Notes under the pieces: generated by a model
What the model was told of the DNA's origin: nothing
Databases searched by the model: none
The model's input: the letters and a program-made list of their open reading frames with translations, nothing else
Made by a program: the position numbers and the translations under genes
From: Phoronis australis
Lineage: Eukaryota > Animalia > Phoronida
DNA: 64,000 nt
Assembly: GCA_002633005.1 (NCBI GenBank)
Contig: NMRA01000284.1
Location: 11,266-75,265 of the forward strand
Direction of reading: 5' to 3'
Shown here: positions 35,612 through 49,233 of the stretch, one piece after another
How positions within the stretch are numbered: the stretch's first letter is position 1
How the letters are laid out: each line of letters begins with the position of its first letter

Positions 35612-38600
35612 TTAAGAAATGGCATTCGCAACTTACGAAAGAAGTATCTCATCGCCGTGTCCGGCAAACTCAAACTAGCAAAATGACACCAAAATTTACT
35701 TGAGACTCCACTGTGCAGGCCGAAATTGACAAAGTGGCCCAAATTGACACATCTTTCTGAGTTATGTCAATTCGGGTCAGCATTACCGGCCCAAGTTGAC
35801 ACAATAATGTTTACATCCGTACGATATGTAGTGTTCAACTAGCTATTTTATAATGATGGGATGTTTCACGGCATAAAGCAAGATTAGGTGATGATTAGCC
35901 CTTTGACAGGTCGGAGAATTGCCTATTGCGCCAACGAATTAAATGTGGTGAGTGGTTGTTTATTTTAGTAGGCGTGACCCTACTTCAAGTAACACCAACA
36001 TTGGTGCTTGTTGTTATTTGATTTATTGGTCCATGGTAAAATGATTTTTGTCAGTTTTCTGATGTAATGTCTGTAGCTTTATACTGTAACATGTTAATTA
36101 ATATAAATGCTATCTTTTTCGATCAACGGTTCTGCTCAATAGATACCGGAGCAAAATCAGGTTTTGATAATCTCTGCAACAGCCCAAATCGACACAATAT
36201 CGGAATTGAGTTGATTTGGGTCAGCATTGTCGACCCAAACACACAAATTTTTCGGAAATTTATATCAACTTGTACTTTACATTCTCTCTCAGTGCTACGA
36301 AAGGTAGCACTTTGGAAGGTTATTTAACGTGGCTTATCATTGGGTAAAGGGGCATAGAACAGTTCTCACTGGGTTTTGCCCTGCAAAACACACGTCACTG
36401 AATTTGTCACTTTTTCTTCACTCTGACGAAATCTGGATGCAAAGAATGACATGTTTTCTGTTATTTCACTTAAAAATCCCTACAGATGAGCACAGAAACT
36501 TTATTGTCTCACGTATTTTTGGCCCTTACACTCCTACTGAAAAGCAAGGTAGGCTAAGAAAAAAGGGGCAATAAAGCACAAAATCAGGCTCTTTTCACTC
36601 CAAAAAAACACCACTTCCCTGCCGATGCACGACTAAAGGCAACATTAGATTCTGAAAATGTGGTCTAAAAGTACTGTCAACTAACTAGTATTTTTAGCAA
36701 TTCTGGCTTGTTTGAGGGCTACCTGAAATCGCAGTCAATTTCTTAGTCGCTACCCAGCTAATGCACAATTAAAACCGGGAGCCGCGATCTTGGAGAAGAG
36801 AGCAGCTACAGCCAAACAAGTGGCTTTTTTCATCTTCAGCATGTTCACAACCACAAACAAACCACATTCACTGAGCCTACATGCAATGTTTACCTAAAAA
36901 ATACCCCCAAGCTTGGCCTATCCCCGAATATTTTGGGAGTGAAAATTGGCCGTGGCAGCATCTTAACTGTTTATTGCCACATAAGGTAATGAAACCGACA
37001 TCATAACATTCAGTCATTCCCATGGGTTGAAAGTTGGGAAACTCCTTTCAGTTTTCAGTTATCAAGTATGGCGACCACTTTTGACTTCCCTAGTCCGTTG
37101 CATTTTATTAAAACGGACAGTGATCAAAGTAAACAAGAGCAGGGAAACCAACCACAGTGCATAAAGGGGCGTGCAAGTGGTGGCGATGTGATCGGTAAAT
37201 TTCCGACCAAGGCATGCGCATTGATGCCCACACACGGAATTCCGTGTGTCAATCATCGTGTTTCCACAGGGCCAGTTTTCAGTATAGGTTGCGTTGTGTC
37301 AGAGGGTGCTTGTACTTACAATGCTAGCCTAAATTAACATCATAGGAATTGTGTGAATTTGGGCCGTTGTGTCAATTTGGATCTGCACACGCCACTCAAA
37401 ATTGATCAATTGCATAACGTTTAATGGTTTAAAAGTTTTCTGGAAGCAGGCTACGCGAATGGTGAGTTGTCGAGTCCAGTTTCGAGTAAATTTTAGTAGT
37501 ATGGCACTGAATGAAATGTTTTCTTCGAAGTAAAATATTTTTGGACTAAAATTGAAACTGAACCTTGTGGTATGTGTAACATGATATAATGTATAGAATA
37601 ATAGTAATTCAGTTCAGTTGTGTTTTCCATTTGGCCTCAACATTCAGTATTATCGAGCTCATAAACGACGCGCTAATTATAATCACTGGCCTATAATTTG
37701 CTTTAAGTGATGATCCAACATATTGTTTTTATTTTCTGGTTCATTCGGGTACATGGTTCCCTCCAGGGTCCAAATTGCCTAAAAGCGTGTTCAAACAAAT
37801 GCACCTCACCCCCGTACGTCACGATTCCACGCAATGTCATCCCAATCAAAGTGGTTCTTTTTCCCAATAGGGTTCAAGGAAAGATTTGTGTCTAATCAAT
37901 AAATGTTCTCACGCGTTTCCCACACAAGAGACTTGTAAATTTAGTTCATTCCCCGATAGAATTGTGATACGCCTAATCACAGAATTCTATCCTAGAGTTC
38001 TATGGTGATCATTTATGTGGTTTCTCGATGCTCGATGCTACATGTACATTCAAAATATGGGCACAATACTGGCGTGTTGTTCCGGCCTAATTATGATGTC
38101 CCAATCTGGCCTGGGTATGAAATGATTATTCCAGAACGCTATTAACGTAATAATGAACTCGTGAAATGATCATCTGGCCGAAGCATAGAATTTGAGCAAG
38201 TGATATTCAGTGTAACTCGGCATTTTGGGGATAAATCTTCCTGTTCACGGTGATTATGTAAAAATACTTTTCGCACACCTTCATATGAGAGCGTTCGGCA
38301 TATTACATCATCCAACATTTACCAATCCGCCTCCCTTTCTGTCACCACCCGTCATCATGATATAATCCCTTTGTACAGGCTCTAATTAGTGTCTCTCTTC
38401 AGCCAACCCTCCCCCTTTAAAGCAGTGATGGAGTGGGTCTGTCTTGCTCATATTTGTAAGGTAAGTCTAGTGAAATACGTTGATGATCAATTCTTGAAAC
38501 AGCGGGCGGGTCCCAATTTTAGAATTGGTCAATTCCACTATAACTGAGGTGAACCATTTTCCCATATATACAGTGATGGAGATATTTTAGTAAACCACAT

Positions 38601-41600
38601 GGTGTTGTCAGCGTTATCCTAATCCCCCCTTCCCATAACCCCCTCTCCAGTTTCATAAATCGTCATCTTTCCAAACCCCTCCCCCTCGAGTGATGGCGAG
38701 TGATAAACGCTGTAGAAAGAGTCGCGGTTCTGGTGCACATATAGCAATTCATGTCAAACTCCTGTATACATTGCCAGATTCAGGTTTTCTGGTGCCTTAG
38801 CCTTTAACAAAATTTGAGAATCCAGGTTATCTATTGTCGCCACAATTTCCACCCTCAATGGACACAATTTTTCATCCTCCACACCACCGGTCGCAGCCAC
38901 AATTTTCCAACCACGCCAAAACTGTCCAGTAATCGGGTCACCAGGAATTTTGTTACGATATCGTGCCATCCGGTCGCCACGAATTTTTCTCAAGTGTCAA
39001 AGGAGAGAAATGTGGCTAAGAAGTGGAGCCTATATTTTCTGAGTGGTCCTAAGCTGGCTCACTTTAAAGGATACCAAACCCGGTTTTGGCCTTTTTAACA
39101 GATATTAAAAGTGACCTTCTCATCTAGTCTTCTGAAACGAAATGATGCTTTGTAACCGTCGACAACTCTCAAATATTTCTAGGAAAATTTGAAAATTCCT
39201 GAACGAGTAGGCGTGACCTACGGTTTTAGCCAGTTTCACAGCAACTATAGGGAAAGACCACCGACCGAGTACTATAATGTCCTATCTGTGACAAAGAAAG
39301 TATGAGTTTTAGTTGAATCCTGATTTTATCACTCAAGTTAAACGCCAATGGCCTATTATTTGGTAGAGGAACGTGGATTGGTTGAAATCACGAAAACAGG
39401 GTTTAGGTTCCTTTTAACTTAATGGGTAATTTGCTACTGCTTCTATATAAGCGAAGCAATGTTCTGCATGCTTTGTTTTAGTTATGATACACATACAAAT
39501 GTATTGACACGGTTTATATCTCTGGTACATCAAGGAAAAGTTTCATAACCATGGAGATTCATCCTATTTGTGACATTTCGCGTCGTAATCTACGTTGTTA
39601 TTTTCCAGTTACACATTTCAAATACCCTTGTTTATTGGTGACATAAATTCTCAGAATTGTTTCTGTTTTCACACGCACGCGATGATACATGTTTTACGAG
39701 CCGGTTATCTGTTCATTCATTAATTTCCAGTTTCTATTCCTATTGGTGCAATGACAACAGCAGCAGTGGTTAATTATCAAATTATTATGGTAATGTATGT
39801 TAACTCATGGAGTTACCTGCACCAAAAGTAGTTTTATCGCATAATTGCTAGAATTCATCATGAGAAATGACAACAAACGCATTAAGCTTCTACTCATCTG
39901 TTTTGTGGTCGTTTTTCCTTGTAGAGCATCGCCTCGCGAGTCTCACAGCCAGTTGAGAGCATTTAGTGTATTATGCATTTATAGGCGACCTTTTTAGACA
40001 AATGAAACTTCAACACTCTAGTTTGCGCCTACCTTATCGCGTAAAGGCGTTAACCGTGTGCCTAATATAGAACTTAGGCTAGGAATATCATTTCAATGGA
40101 ATCCCTGAAAACTCAAAACACAAAAAATATTCACGGTAGATTCTCAATAAATATTGCCACGCGAGTACCACGTCGATTCGCATAACCTAGCAACCTGCAC
40201 GCGAGCACAGCCCGTTTCAAACTTTTGTCCTACTGTAAAACTATACGGGCCCACAGGTACAAAAAAACTAGGGGGTGTGAAGGGCCGGTCAGTTGATTAG
40301 GAGTGCCTGTATGTATCAATTTGTGAACAGGTCAGTGATCTTTAGGATGCCTGCATGTATCAATCAGGCAAAGACTCGTCACAAATTTTGAAATTGGGTG
40401 GACCAAAAAAATGAAAATGAAACTTATTTGCATCAACTGTCTATACATAAAAACAAAAAGTCATGCAGTCGTCACAACTTTATCGCTACTCTTGCTCAGA
40501 AACTTTGCCTTGTTCCAGGTTTATAAAAGGCCTACACATATTTAATGTACATCTGAACAAATGCAAATGCAACACTGTCTGCATTGATGCATCCTAATTC
40601 ATTGTTATATTACTTGTGTTCTGCTTTCTTAACATGACCACGTGATTTAGAGTACAAGCACATGTACCTCAACTCGGAATCCTTGTCAAAATCCTAAGCA
40701 ACATCCAATAGAATAAAGTATGATACATGTATGTTTAGATACCAACAGCTTTTAATATTTCAACTTTCATTTCGTTGAATCCATTGTTTTCTTCCACAAT
40801 CCACATTCTCGTGAAGGCAGTTGACGCTGTTTTACGTGAAATAAATAGTGCCAAAAGGAGGCCTATAAGCCGTTCGAGTTTCACTACTACAATTTTCAAA
40901 ACGCCAAAAAAATGCAGCGTTCTTGATAGGTATTGTATACGAACACTGTATGATTTGATTTCTGTCAGTTTCAAGTACTCTCACTAAGCGAAAACCGGGT
41001 TACATTCCTCATACAGATAACAAATACTGCTTTAACTATAATATCTTTGGAGATACTATGACTGAGGACATTTCTGCGCCAAATAACCGCGGGGATTTAC
41101 AAGAGAAAAGCTTCCAAATGTTAAATTCAGGCTAAAATGATTCTGTATCCAAACTAAGGTTAACGTGCAAGCGATCTGCGTATTTAATGTTGATTTACTG
41201 GCTAATAATCAATTTTAGTTATTTTACTGTGAAAATTACGGTTAACGCATCGTCTGCCGTCCAGCGGACATTAGGCTACAGTGGTTATGTTTAGTGGGTG
41301 GCCACGGAGTGCACAGGCACAGAAATCTTTACATAAACTGATACATCAAGGTATCCTATTCCAATGCTTTTCCGTATTCTGACAAACCTGGGTTGGAAAG
41401 ATTCATGTGGGAAATGTATTTCGAGGCAGTTGTCTAAAGTTTGCGTTATCACCGATCAAAATTTACCTTTATTTTTAATGAAAGGGGTTAAATTTTATAG
41501 AAGCTCCTAGTTTTTTTAAACTAAAACAACTCGCTTATTAGTAATTCCGCCTGGGTGCTCATATAAGCTGTATGTCAAAAATGCGTGACATGTCATGTGC

Positions 41601-44398
41601 CCACGTTTGCCTAATGCAGTAGATTCACTTTTTATGTGATTATCAGTCAAAAAGCGTTTGGTAGACTGAGATCGTTAAGTGATGACGACAGCTAAGCGTA
41701 AAATACAACTTTCAACGATTAACCCATTTTCGTGATGCATTGACGTAGATAATTCGTTATAAGTGAATGACAGTGACTTGTGTCTCTCATGAGTGAGTAT
41801 GAAGTACTTATACTTAAGTTTTCATTTACAACAATGTTCTTGATACCTATAATAAACAGTTTGGTTAACCTTGATACACTTGCAGATAGCAAAAAGCATT
41901 GGATATTTTTGCTTATGACCGGATTCCTAAATACTTTGTACGGACCTCTAGTTCCGGTCAATTCAGGGCAACCGTCTCTTACAGGGGTCTCAAATTTTGA
42001 GAACTAGTTTGACATCGGTCATTGTGTGGAGAAAAGTAGTTCCCAAATGCCTGACCATTGTACGTAACTATTACCCGATCTGTAAACACGACACGAGAGA
42101 TTACCTCATGTGTCCGAACTCCAAAACATGATTGTTAACCGATCCCTGAGACTGAAAGTGAATACATCCCATTCGGAACGCCTCGGGTATTTTCGAATTT
42201 CTCGGATCATTCAGAACACCGGGCTATTTTCGTAACTTAAAATTATCCATCGGAATATCCGGAACGTAACCGCTTTTTTCCTCAGAAGTGAACATTATTT
42301 GTGCGTGTGCGTATTTCAGCCACACAACAAGTCATGTGACTTGACCAAGGATATTGGGCATGCGTAGTGGTGTTATCACCAGAATTTTTTTAGTCGAGTT
42401 CCGCAAACGCAAGAATCTCTCGAAAGAAGGTAATATGATCACGTATTTTGCTTGTAATGCTTGGAAGTATCTCCTGAAGACCTGCCTGATTTTGCGTCTA
42501 CTGAACGCATAGCTCTAAAACTAGGGGTCGAAATCACTGTCATGGCGGATCACCCAAAGAAAATGCAAAATATGAGACGTACAAATCATAATTACGGAAT
42601 GCTGTGCATGTCTTTAAACACTTTTAAAATGGTTTCCTTTTATCGACAATTCGGCAAAACTTACATCATGCATCGTCAAAAAGTTTTGAAACCTTGCTTA
42701 TCACAAATTCTCAAGAGTTGAAGAAGGTGACCTTCCGCTTATTTATGTCCAATATATGTTGATTCTTTCCCACAGGCTATCTTTCTCTTGTTTCGGCGCC
42801 AATGGTACCTCTCAGCAACAGCAAGCTAGTCGACGTGCGCACAATCTGCCGGCCAAAAACTTCTTCTTTTCCGTAGCCAAACAGGAAGAGACCGTAGAAC
42901 TTCCTAGAGTAGACTGGTTACCCAAACTCATCAAAACGTCAGCAAACTCCGAGTTTGTGTGTGTTTGCGAACAAACGTTTAGTAGAGTTTGCCAGCGTTG
43001 ACGCTTGCTTGCAGTGGACATTGCGGTTCTACACAGGCGAGCCTAAGTGGCAGGGCGGTGAATTTGAATTTCTGAGCCGAAGACTCCCATGACTGGCTTT
43101 CTTGCTCAATAGAATGTAACTGCCTTGCGTTTGCAGTGGGCCAATCCACGTCCTGTTCTCCATATCAAGACTGTAGCACCTGACTGAGAAGTGTGGACTA
43201 GTAAAACCCTCTAATGCCGGGTGTCTGAGTTAAAACTCATTTTAACTGCTCGAACATTTTGAGCCCAGTGAGTTGAATTTCGCATATTTGTTTGCAGAAG
43301 GTCGTTATTCAGGCCCAAAAGCGACTGGATACCGAAGGCCCTGGTGGAGGACGGTGTTTTCGCCCCTTTGATTGAATTACTTTTTCATCAAAAAGTTTTT
43401 TTAGCCATTTGCTTTGCCAAAGAGCTATTGTGGAATGGCTGCTTTGCCAGTCCGATTAATTTATTGTCTGAACTGGGATTCAAACCTTTGGATTTAGCGT
43501 AGCATTGGTCTTACAGTTTGGTCTTCAACGCTCTTCGGTCGTCATCCGTATGCAACGAGTCATGTCCTCACTGGAGCGAAGATAACCGCGGGCTGTGCAC
43601 ATGCCGGTTGCAGCCCCCACCGTCCCCCTCACCCCAACGATCTGCCGAATTCTAACTGGTGATTACTGAGTATTACTAGGTTAAACCCGTGGGGACTAAG
43701 AGTACCTAGGTTTGTGCTTTAGAACACTTTTGGGAGTCTCTATTATGACATTTGTATACGCTTTAATAATTTCAAGTCAACATCTGCTTTAATGTTTGGT
43801 GAAATTACACGAGCACGGACTGTCAGAGTGTACGAGCAAATAGAGCGATTAAATTTTATTTCCATGCGTGAGTGAGTGTATAAATGTATTCTAAGCCATT
43901 CCATCAATTCCAACATACAAAATGGCACCGTCGAGACTAGTCCGTCCGGAGCCTCGTGCCGACAATAACAAATTCCAACTCTTCCCAAGCCCTGAAATCA
44001 CATCTATTTTGTCTAACGAATAATTTGAAAACAATTTCTAAACGGTAAGTGGTTTAAATCATTAGTTGTTTTGTGACGTAAGGAGGATTTGTAACCGCTT
44101 AATGCATGATAAATGTTAGGCATACGACACGTTACGATAGTCGTACATGTTCGACTTTTTGAGAAATAGCCACCGCTAAACTCGTCAACCAAATCAATAT
44201 TCCTAATTAACAAACAATAATACTGACACAAAGTCACTTTGTTATTTAAAGAAAAAGGAAGCTTTATCGTAATGGTAATTGTATTACTTTTTATCAATTA
44301 ACATTCTCTTCAACATCTTGAAATCAATATTCCCTCGTATTCTTGTTGTGATCTTTAAACTGATCTGGCTTCATTTTCCTTACGACTGTCATGATTGC

Positions 44399-44464
44399 GC
44401 AAATAGTTGAATTCAAGTGTTTGGGACGTTAAAACGTCCCAAACACTTGAATTCAACTATTTGC
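44399..44464. repeat. Perfect inverted repeat, 32-bp arms with 2-nt spacer
   Basis: gcaaatagttgaattcaagtgtttgggacgtt-aa-aacgtcccaaacacttgaattcaactatttgc. Confidence 0.97.
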
Positions 44465-44947
44465 CACGTATACAGAGTTGATTTTCAAAGATGTGTCTAT
44501 GTGCCAATTATCCCACAGAGCTTCAAATCTATGGGTCAGTTTTGAACACCTATATGTATGGGTTATCAATTTGTGTCTTCTGTCCATGCATTCACATGTT
44601 TTCTTGTATTGTTCGCACCCATCAACTTTGCTTTCGCTTAGGTTTATCTTCTCTAGTAGTGTACCACTAGTGTTTTTGTCTCTATGATTTTCTTACCACT
44701 AGATAACAATCCACTAAGTCATTTAAAGTGTACACAACATGACTCTAGTACCTCAAAATAAATTTTATTATTATATCTCACTTGATTTCAGAGCCTTTAG
44801 TACACAGCTCATAAAGAAACACACAATAATTCTGTACAACGTCAAGTGTTGAACCCAAGTGGTTCGCCATACTGTTCGGATCAGAGACAAAGTGTATAGA
44901 GTGAAATGAAATCAAAGTATTTTAGCGTCGAGAAGGTTCGTAGAGCG

Positions 44948-45215
44948 ATGAAAAGATGTGTTTGCGGAGGCTGCAGCAACAGCAGCCAGACGGAGAACGT
45001 CTCGGTGTTCCAAAGTACACTAAAGTTGCGCAGAAGTGGCATCGCTTCGTGCGCCGAACGAGAGTGTGGGACCTCAGCGTGGACCAAGCGATTCGGTCCG
45101 GGGCCACTCTGTGTTCTGCCCATTTTGAGGACTGGTGTTTCGACTTCAGTCAGAGGAGACGTTACGATGAAGGCCTGGTTCATTAAAGGACAATACCGGT
45201 ACTTACCATTCAGAA
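44948..45215 (+). pseudogene. THAP zinc-finger domain relic (transposase N-terminus), frameshifted
   Basis: MKRCVCGGCSNSSQTENVSVF in one frame, then KVAQKWHRFVRRTR...ATLCSAHFEDWCF in the next: the C2CH THAP signature CxxxxC...W...CxxHF. Confidence 0.85.
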
Positions 45216-45226
45216 ACATCGGCTCT

Positions 45227-45475
45227 TTATTCAGGATCGTCCGTTGGATGACTGGGTTGGCTCACCCAGCCCGAGGCCGGTTCTCTCGAGGGAGGATCCA
45301 GTTCGTAAAGCCTCAAAGTAGAAAAGTACGCTGCCGGAAGCACATCAAACTCGTTCTCGCTTTCGTGCAACCCCATTTTCTCATCCTGACCACCATTCCC
45401 ATACGTTTCTTCATAGTATTCGTTCAATTCTTGCTCATAATCGTCGTCGCTTTCAAATTCCGTACTCTCCGCCAT
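45227..45475 (-). pseudogene. Acidic N-terminal fragment of the element's second, convergent gene (KolX-like)
   Basis: MAESTEFESDDDYEQE...LRLYELDPP; good Kozak (acaATGG); convergent with THAP inside the same TIRs, as in Kolobok organisation. Confidence 0.5.
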
Positions 45476-46239
45476 TGTTCAATGCTAGTCACTGATCTCT
45501 TGTGTTCAACCCATAACGTCACATGGCGGGAAATGTGAAAATTGGCAAAATTGAAAGAAAAATCAAAATTTCAAGCTAATTACACAAAATAAGCATGGAT
45601 TTAGCTAAATTTTACGTCATACATTTAGTCTGTGGCCACCGATAATTCACAATGTGCAAAAATCCATGGTGTGTACTGTTTAAAATGTCTTGTGAACATT
45701 CTGATTATACATGTAAAACTTCAAAAGTACGTGGGTTTTGTCATTACCCAGGTTACGAGCCGTTACCTCATGGGCATGTTAGCTTAAAACCAAATTCTAC
45801 AAAGCCATTGTAATTAAAAAGAGAATATTTACGCAAAAGCTTTAAAAAGCACAATGGCTCCAGGCGTGGCGTTTATTGATTAACCCCCGCTACAAGGGCA
45901 AATGGTGTTTACAAGTCGTCCGTTCAAAAATATACTGAATTCGGCAAGACGCCAAGAGAATTAGTTGAATAACTTAGCTATATTTATCCAGGCAGTCTGT
46001 TCCTTTCACTACGAGGCCAACGAGCATTGTCTGCGATTGCTTCACAGTAAAACGAGGCATTTATAATGTATGTCCCGCATATTCGAGAAACTGGCAGTTA
46101 TTGGAGACCCATACAATGTAATTCTCGGTATTTTATTGCAAAATGGTGTCCATGAGAAGCTTTATAATCTCTGTGGTTCATAAATTTAATTTCAACTGAG
46201 TTAATCATGCGGGTATCTTCCTAGTCACAAGACGTACTT

Positions 46240-46283
46240 CACATCGACGTTTCGATATTCGTCAATATCATCACCTGGACACG
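46240..46283 (-). ncRNA. Degenerate minimal hammerhead-ribozyme-like motif (Penelope-type), copy 2
   Basis: Minus strand cgtgtc-caggtga-t-gatattgacgaatatc-gaaac-gtc-gatgtg; core mutated, stems I and II still pair. Confidence 0.45.
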
Positions 46284-46329
46284 GATGCAATGAATATGTA
46301 ATAAAGCGAGAAAACCAATTAATTGCTGA

Positions 46330-47719
46330 GGATACTTCAAAATTTATTCACAAAAATTTTCCGTTTTTACAATATTTCACATACGTCTACCAAAATGCCT
46401 TATCTTCATTCTCGGGAAACTTCATATACGAAAAATATGCCGTGTAGCAAGAAAAAAATTAGCAGAATCACTTTCAACCACGTGGAAATATTTTCACTAC
46501 TTATTCAAGGTCAAAGGCTACAAACTGTCACTCAAATCGAATCTCCTGCCAAGCATAGAGCAGTTCCTAAGTACCCTCACTCCCTTCATCCGCTGAGTTG
46601 CCATAATTTTGAGTCAACGAGGGGTACATAGCATAGAAAGATGCCTCGAATAAAAGAAGACTCAACGTGGTTTTGATCCGCTGTGCGTCTGCGCGCATAT
46701 GACCGTGGAGAACGATAGCACCGAGTCCGAGTCGCCGTACCAGGCTCTAGAGCTCAGGAACACAGTAAGATGTGAAAAAATATTCCTCGCCGAAATTCAT
46801 TGATTTCTCCGATAATGTGACGTTTCGCTGTTTCGATCTCGTGCTAACGGCATGCTTTAATCATCGAATCGATTTCTATTGTCTGTTTCGTACTTTTTTC
46901 TTCATACCAGTCTCTCCGGCGAGTGGTGTGTATCACAATGAAATGTTGGCCTACTTACTGCTGATTCCGCTTTTAACCTAGTTTGACTCGAGGCGCCGTG
47001 ACTCGGCGTAACGTCTTAGCGCTGGTTAAGTTGTTGCGCACTGCAAATTCAGTTGACATTGGAAGAGAACGTTGAAATAACGAACATGATTAAGGGTGTA
47101 CGGGTTATATTGACCAAAAACGAGTTTTCACAGAATAATTAAGAAAAAATCGTCAGATTCTGAAGACTCGCGACATTTTCCGCTTTTTCTTGACTTCGGC
47201 ATATCAACTTAATTTGAACTTAGAAACACTAGTTCTCGAAAACTACTCGGCGAATTTCAATGAAACTTTCCAATTTAAATTTTATATTTATTCATCAGTC
47301 TCAAAAAATTCTGGTAGCATTTTGCTTTTAAACGCCAAGCTTTTGCGTACCGTAAGATAAACCAGTACGACTGCCATTTTTTACAAAAATACCTTACGCT
47401 TTGCTAGTAAATTTGGCATAGAAACAAAACTAAATGAGTAATCGAAAATTTCTAACATAATGTTTGAGGTAAATTGTGAAGTTTAGGAAAGGTTTCATTA
47501 AAACCGGTGTTATTTTGCTATAAATGTACCTTTCTTAAAAATGTTGTTTTGACTTAAACAATGTGATAACGTAATGATAACAATGGCACATATAATATAA
47601 ACATATTTATATAATCTGTGACCTTTTTTACAGAAAATATATACTTTTACTGGTTGGCATAGCCCGTTTTGTGACATCTCAGTTAGAATGAAGGTCACTA
47701 AATAAGGTTTGAGAAAACC
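46330..47719 (-). mobile_element. TTAA family B element, inverted diverged full-length copy
   Basis: ggatacttcaaaa...ggtttgagaaaacc|ttga; internal blocks are reverse complements of 34205-35611. Confidence 0.75.
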
Positions 47720-48395
47720 TTGACATCACAGTACTGAAACTCAAACCTCTACCAAAACTGTACTTTGTATGCCCTAATGTTCCTGTTTGGTGACCTCTCT
47801 GCCCGATATTTCTTTATGAGGAGAATTCGTTGTGGTTACCATCTCTTTGATTTGGAGCTGAACTATGTTAAGTTGTTGTTGCTTGGCAGCGGCTACCCTA
47901 GTACTCCTATTAACTTTTTGTTTTCGATTTAATTTTTGAGAGACGACACTTGCTTCCTGCCCGCATGCAGGGTCCTGTACAGGAAAAGGTCTACATTTAT
48001 TTGGTTCTTCACATGTATTCCTAAACTGACAGTTACTGGCAATTATTGCTCTTTCCGTTAAATTGGTCTCCATATATAGACCATCTATGAGACTTTCTCG
48101 TTTGTTAAGTTTTCAACATAAATTAAAAGGTGTTCAGAGCATGCAGTGTACCATGTCAGTTGTGAAAATTTGGGGATTTTTTTATATTGACAATAACTGT
48201 ATTCGGTTGTTAGTCCTCGAGGCACTCTTTATTTAAGCAAAATCATGTAGAGAGATAACTAAACAGGAACTTTGGGGCATACATGCTAGAGCTATGGTAG
48301 AGGTTGGAGTTTCACTAGGGTATTAAGCACTGTGATGTTTCGTAGTCGATTCTTTTTCTCGCTTGCGTACATATTTATTGCATTTGTGTACTGAC

Positions 48396-48440
48396 TATGT
48401 GCCTGATGATGATATTGAGTAATATCGAAACGTCGATATG
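48396..48440 (+). ncRNA. Minimal type I hammerhead-ribozyme-like motif (Penelope-type), copy 1
   Basis: CTGATGA (48403-48409), T, stem II gatatt-gagt-aatatc, GAAAC, GTC (48432-48434); stem I imperfect. Confidence 0.6.
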
Positions 48441-49056
48441 AAGCAGTGTGTCTTGTTTTTGCCAAGAACTTACTTCCAAGTTACACCACACTCCATCGAC
48501 AATAGGTTCGCAACTCCAGCATTTTTGTATGGAATTCCCAGAAAAAGCACCACCTTCCGGTTAGTGAGCAGACGACTTAGTTGCAAGACGTAAGCCGTGA
48601 CTCACACCCGGCGCCGCTGGTGAATAGTGACTTTTTGGCTAATACTGTTTGGCCGTGTACGAACAAAGATATTGCTCATTGGGGATATTCACTGTTGGCG
48701 GTTTATGTCGGTTACACTAATTGCACACCGCTGGATAAGACTCCGCCGGACATTAATGCATTTCGTAAAATAATTCCCTAATTTTACACAACTTGTAATA
48801 AACATTTGCAGTCGCTTACTTACGTACGTCAATTTTATTTATACCTACGCCAGTTTTTGCTGTTTCTTCCACGGCATCTTTCACGCGCGTGGTTTCAATC
48901 GCTTCCTATTTCTGTTTGTTGCTAATGATTGGTCTAGACGTAAATCGCAATCACGTGTCTGCACGTGTCTGCACAGTGTGTTGACCCCCTTCCCCCCATT
49001 GCTTACATTGGGTTTGTTGTTTCGATCAGATGTTTAATTTGCAATTCAAGGTACCT

Positions 49057-49233
49057 AAACTACACGGTCAACGGACTCATAAACACGACTCACGGACCTG
49101 TAAACACCGTCCACTGACTCACAAACACGGGAACGGACTCACAAAACACGATCCACGCACCCAAATACACGGGACACGGACTCATATTCACGAGGAAACA
49201 CGGTTAACGGACCGCCAAACACGGGTCACGGAC
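49057..49233. repeat. Minisatellite, ~20-21-bp unit x8-9, next to an N gap
   Basis: Repeats of aaacacgg..cacggactca(c/t); N at 49249. Confidence 0.85.

Larger units (their letters stand above)
44727..45679 (+). mobile_element. Internally deleted Kolobok-type DNA transposon (953 bp)
   Basis: TTAA at 44723-44726 and 45680-45683; TIR agtgtacacaacatg vs catggtgtgtactgt; carries a THAP relic on + and a convergent acidic ORF start on -. Confidence 0.78.

Noticed and set aside
32595-38470. Two similar strong donor sites (gctcat..ttgtaag|gtaagt at ~32610 and ~38460)
   Set aside because: Similarity is limited to ~20 nt and upstream sequences do not align or encode related peptides.
43468-43540. tRNA-like sequence on the minus strand (ggtttgaatccc B-box)
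   Set aside because: No complete cloverleaf; at most a decayed tRNA-derived SINE head. A similar weak relic lies near 25030.
44906-45538. 210-aa ORF, the longest complete ORF in the track
   Set aside because: Only its first ~35 residues are THAP-like; the rest is off-frame THAP and antisense of the acidic ORF inside a deleted transposon.
47774-48073. 99-aa minus-strand ATG ORF
   Set aside because: No recognisable motif or convincing splice context; adjacent to a transposon end.
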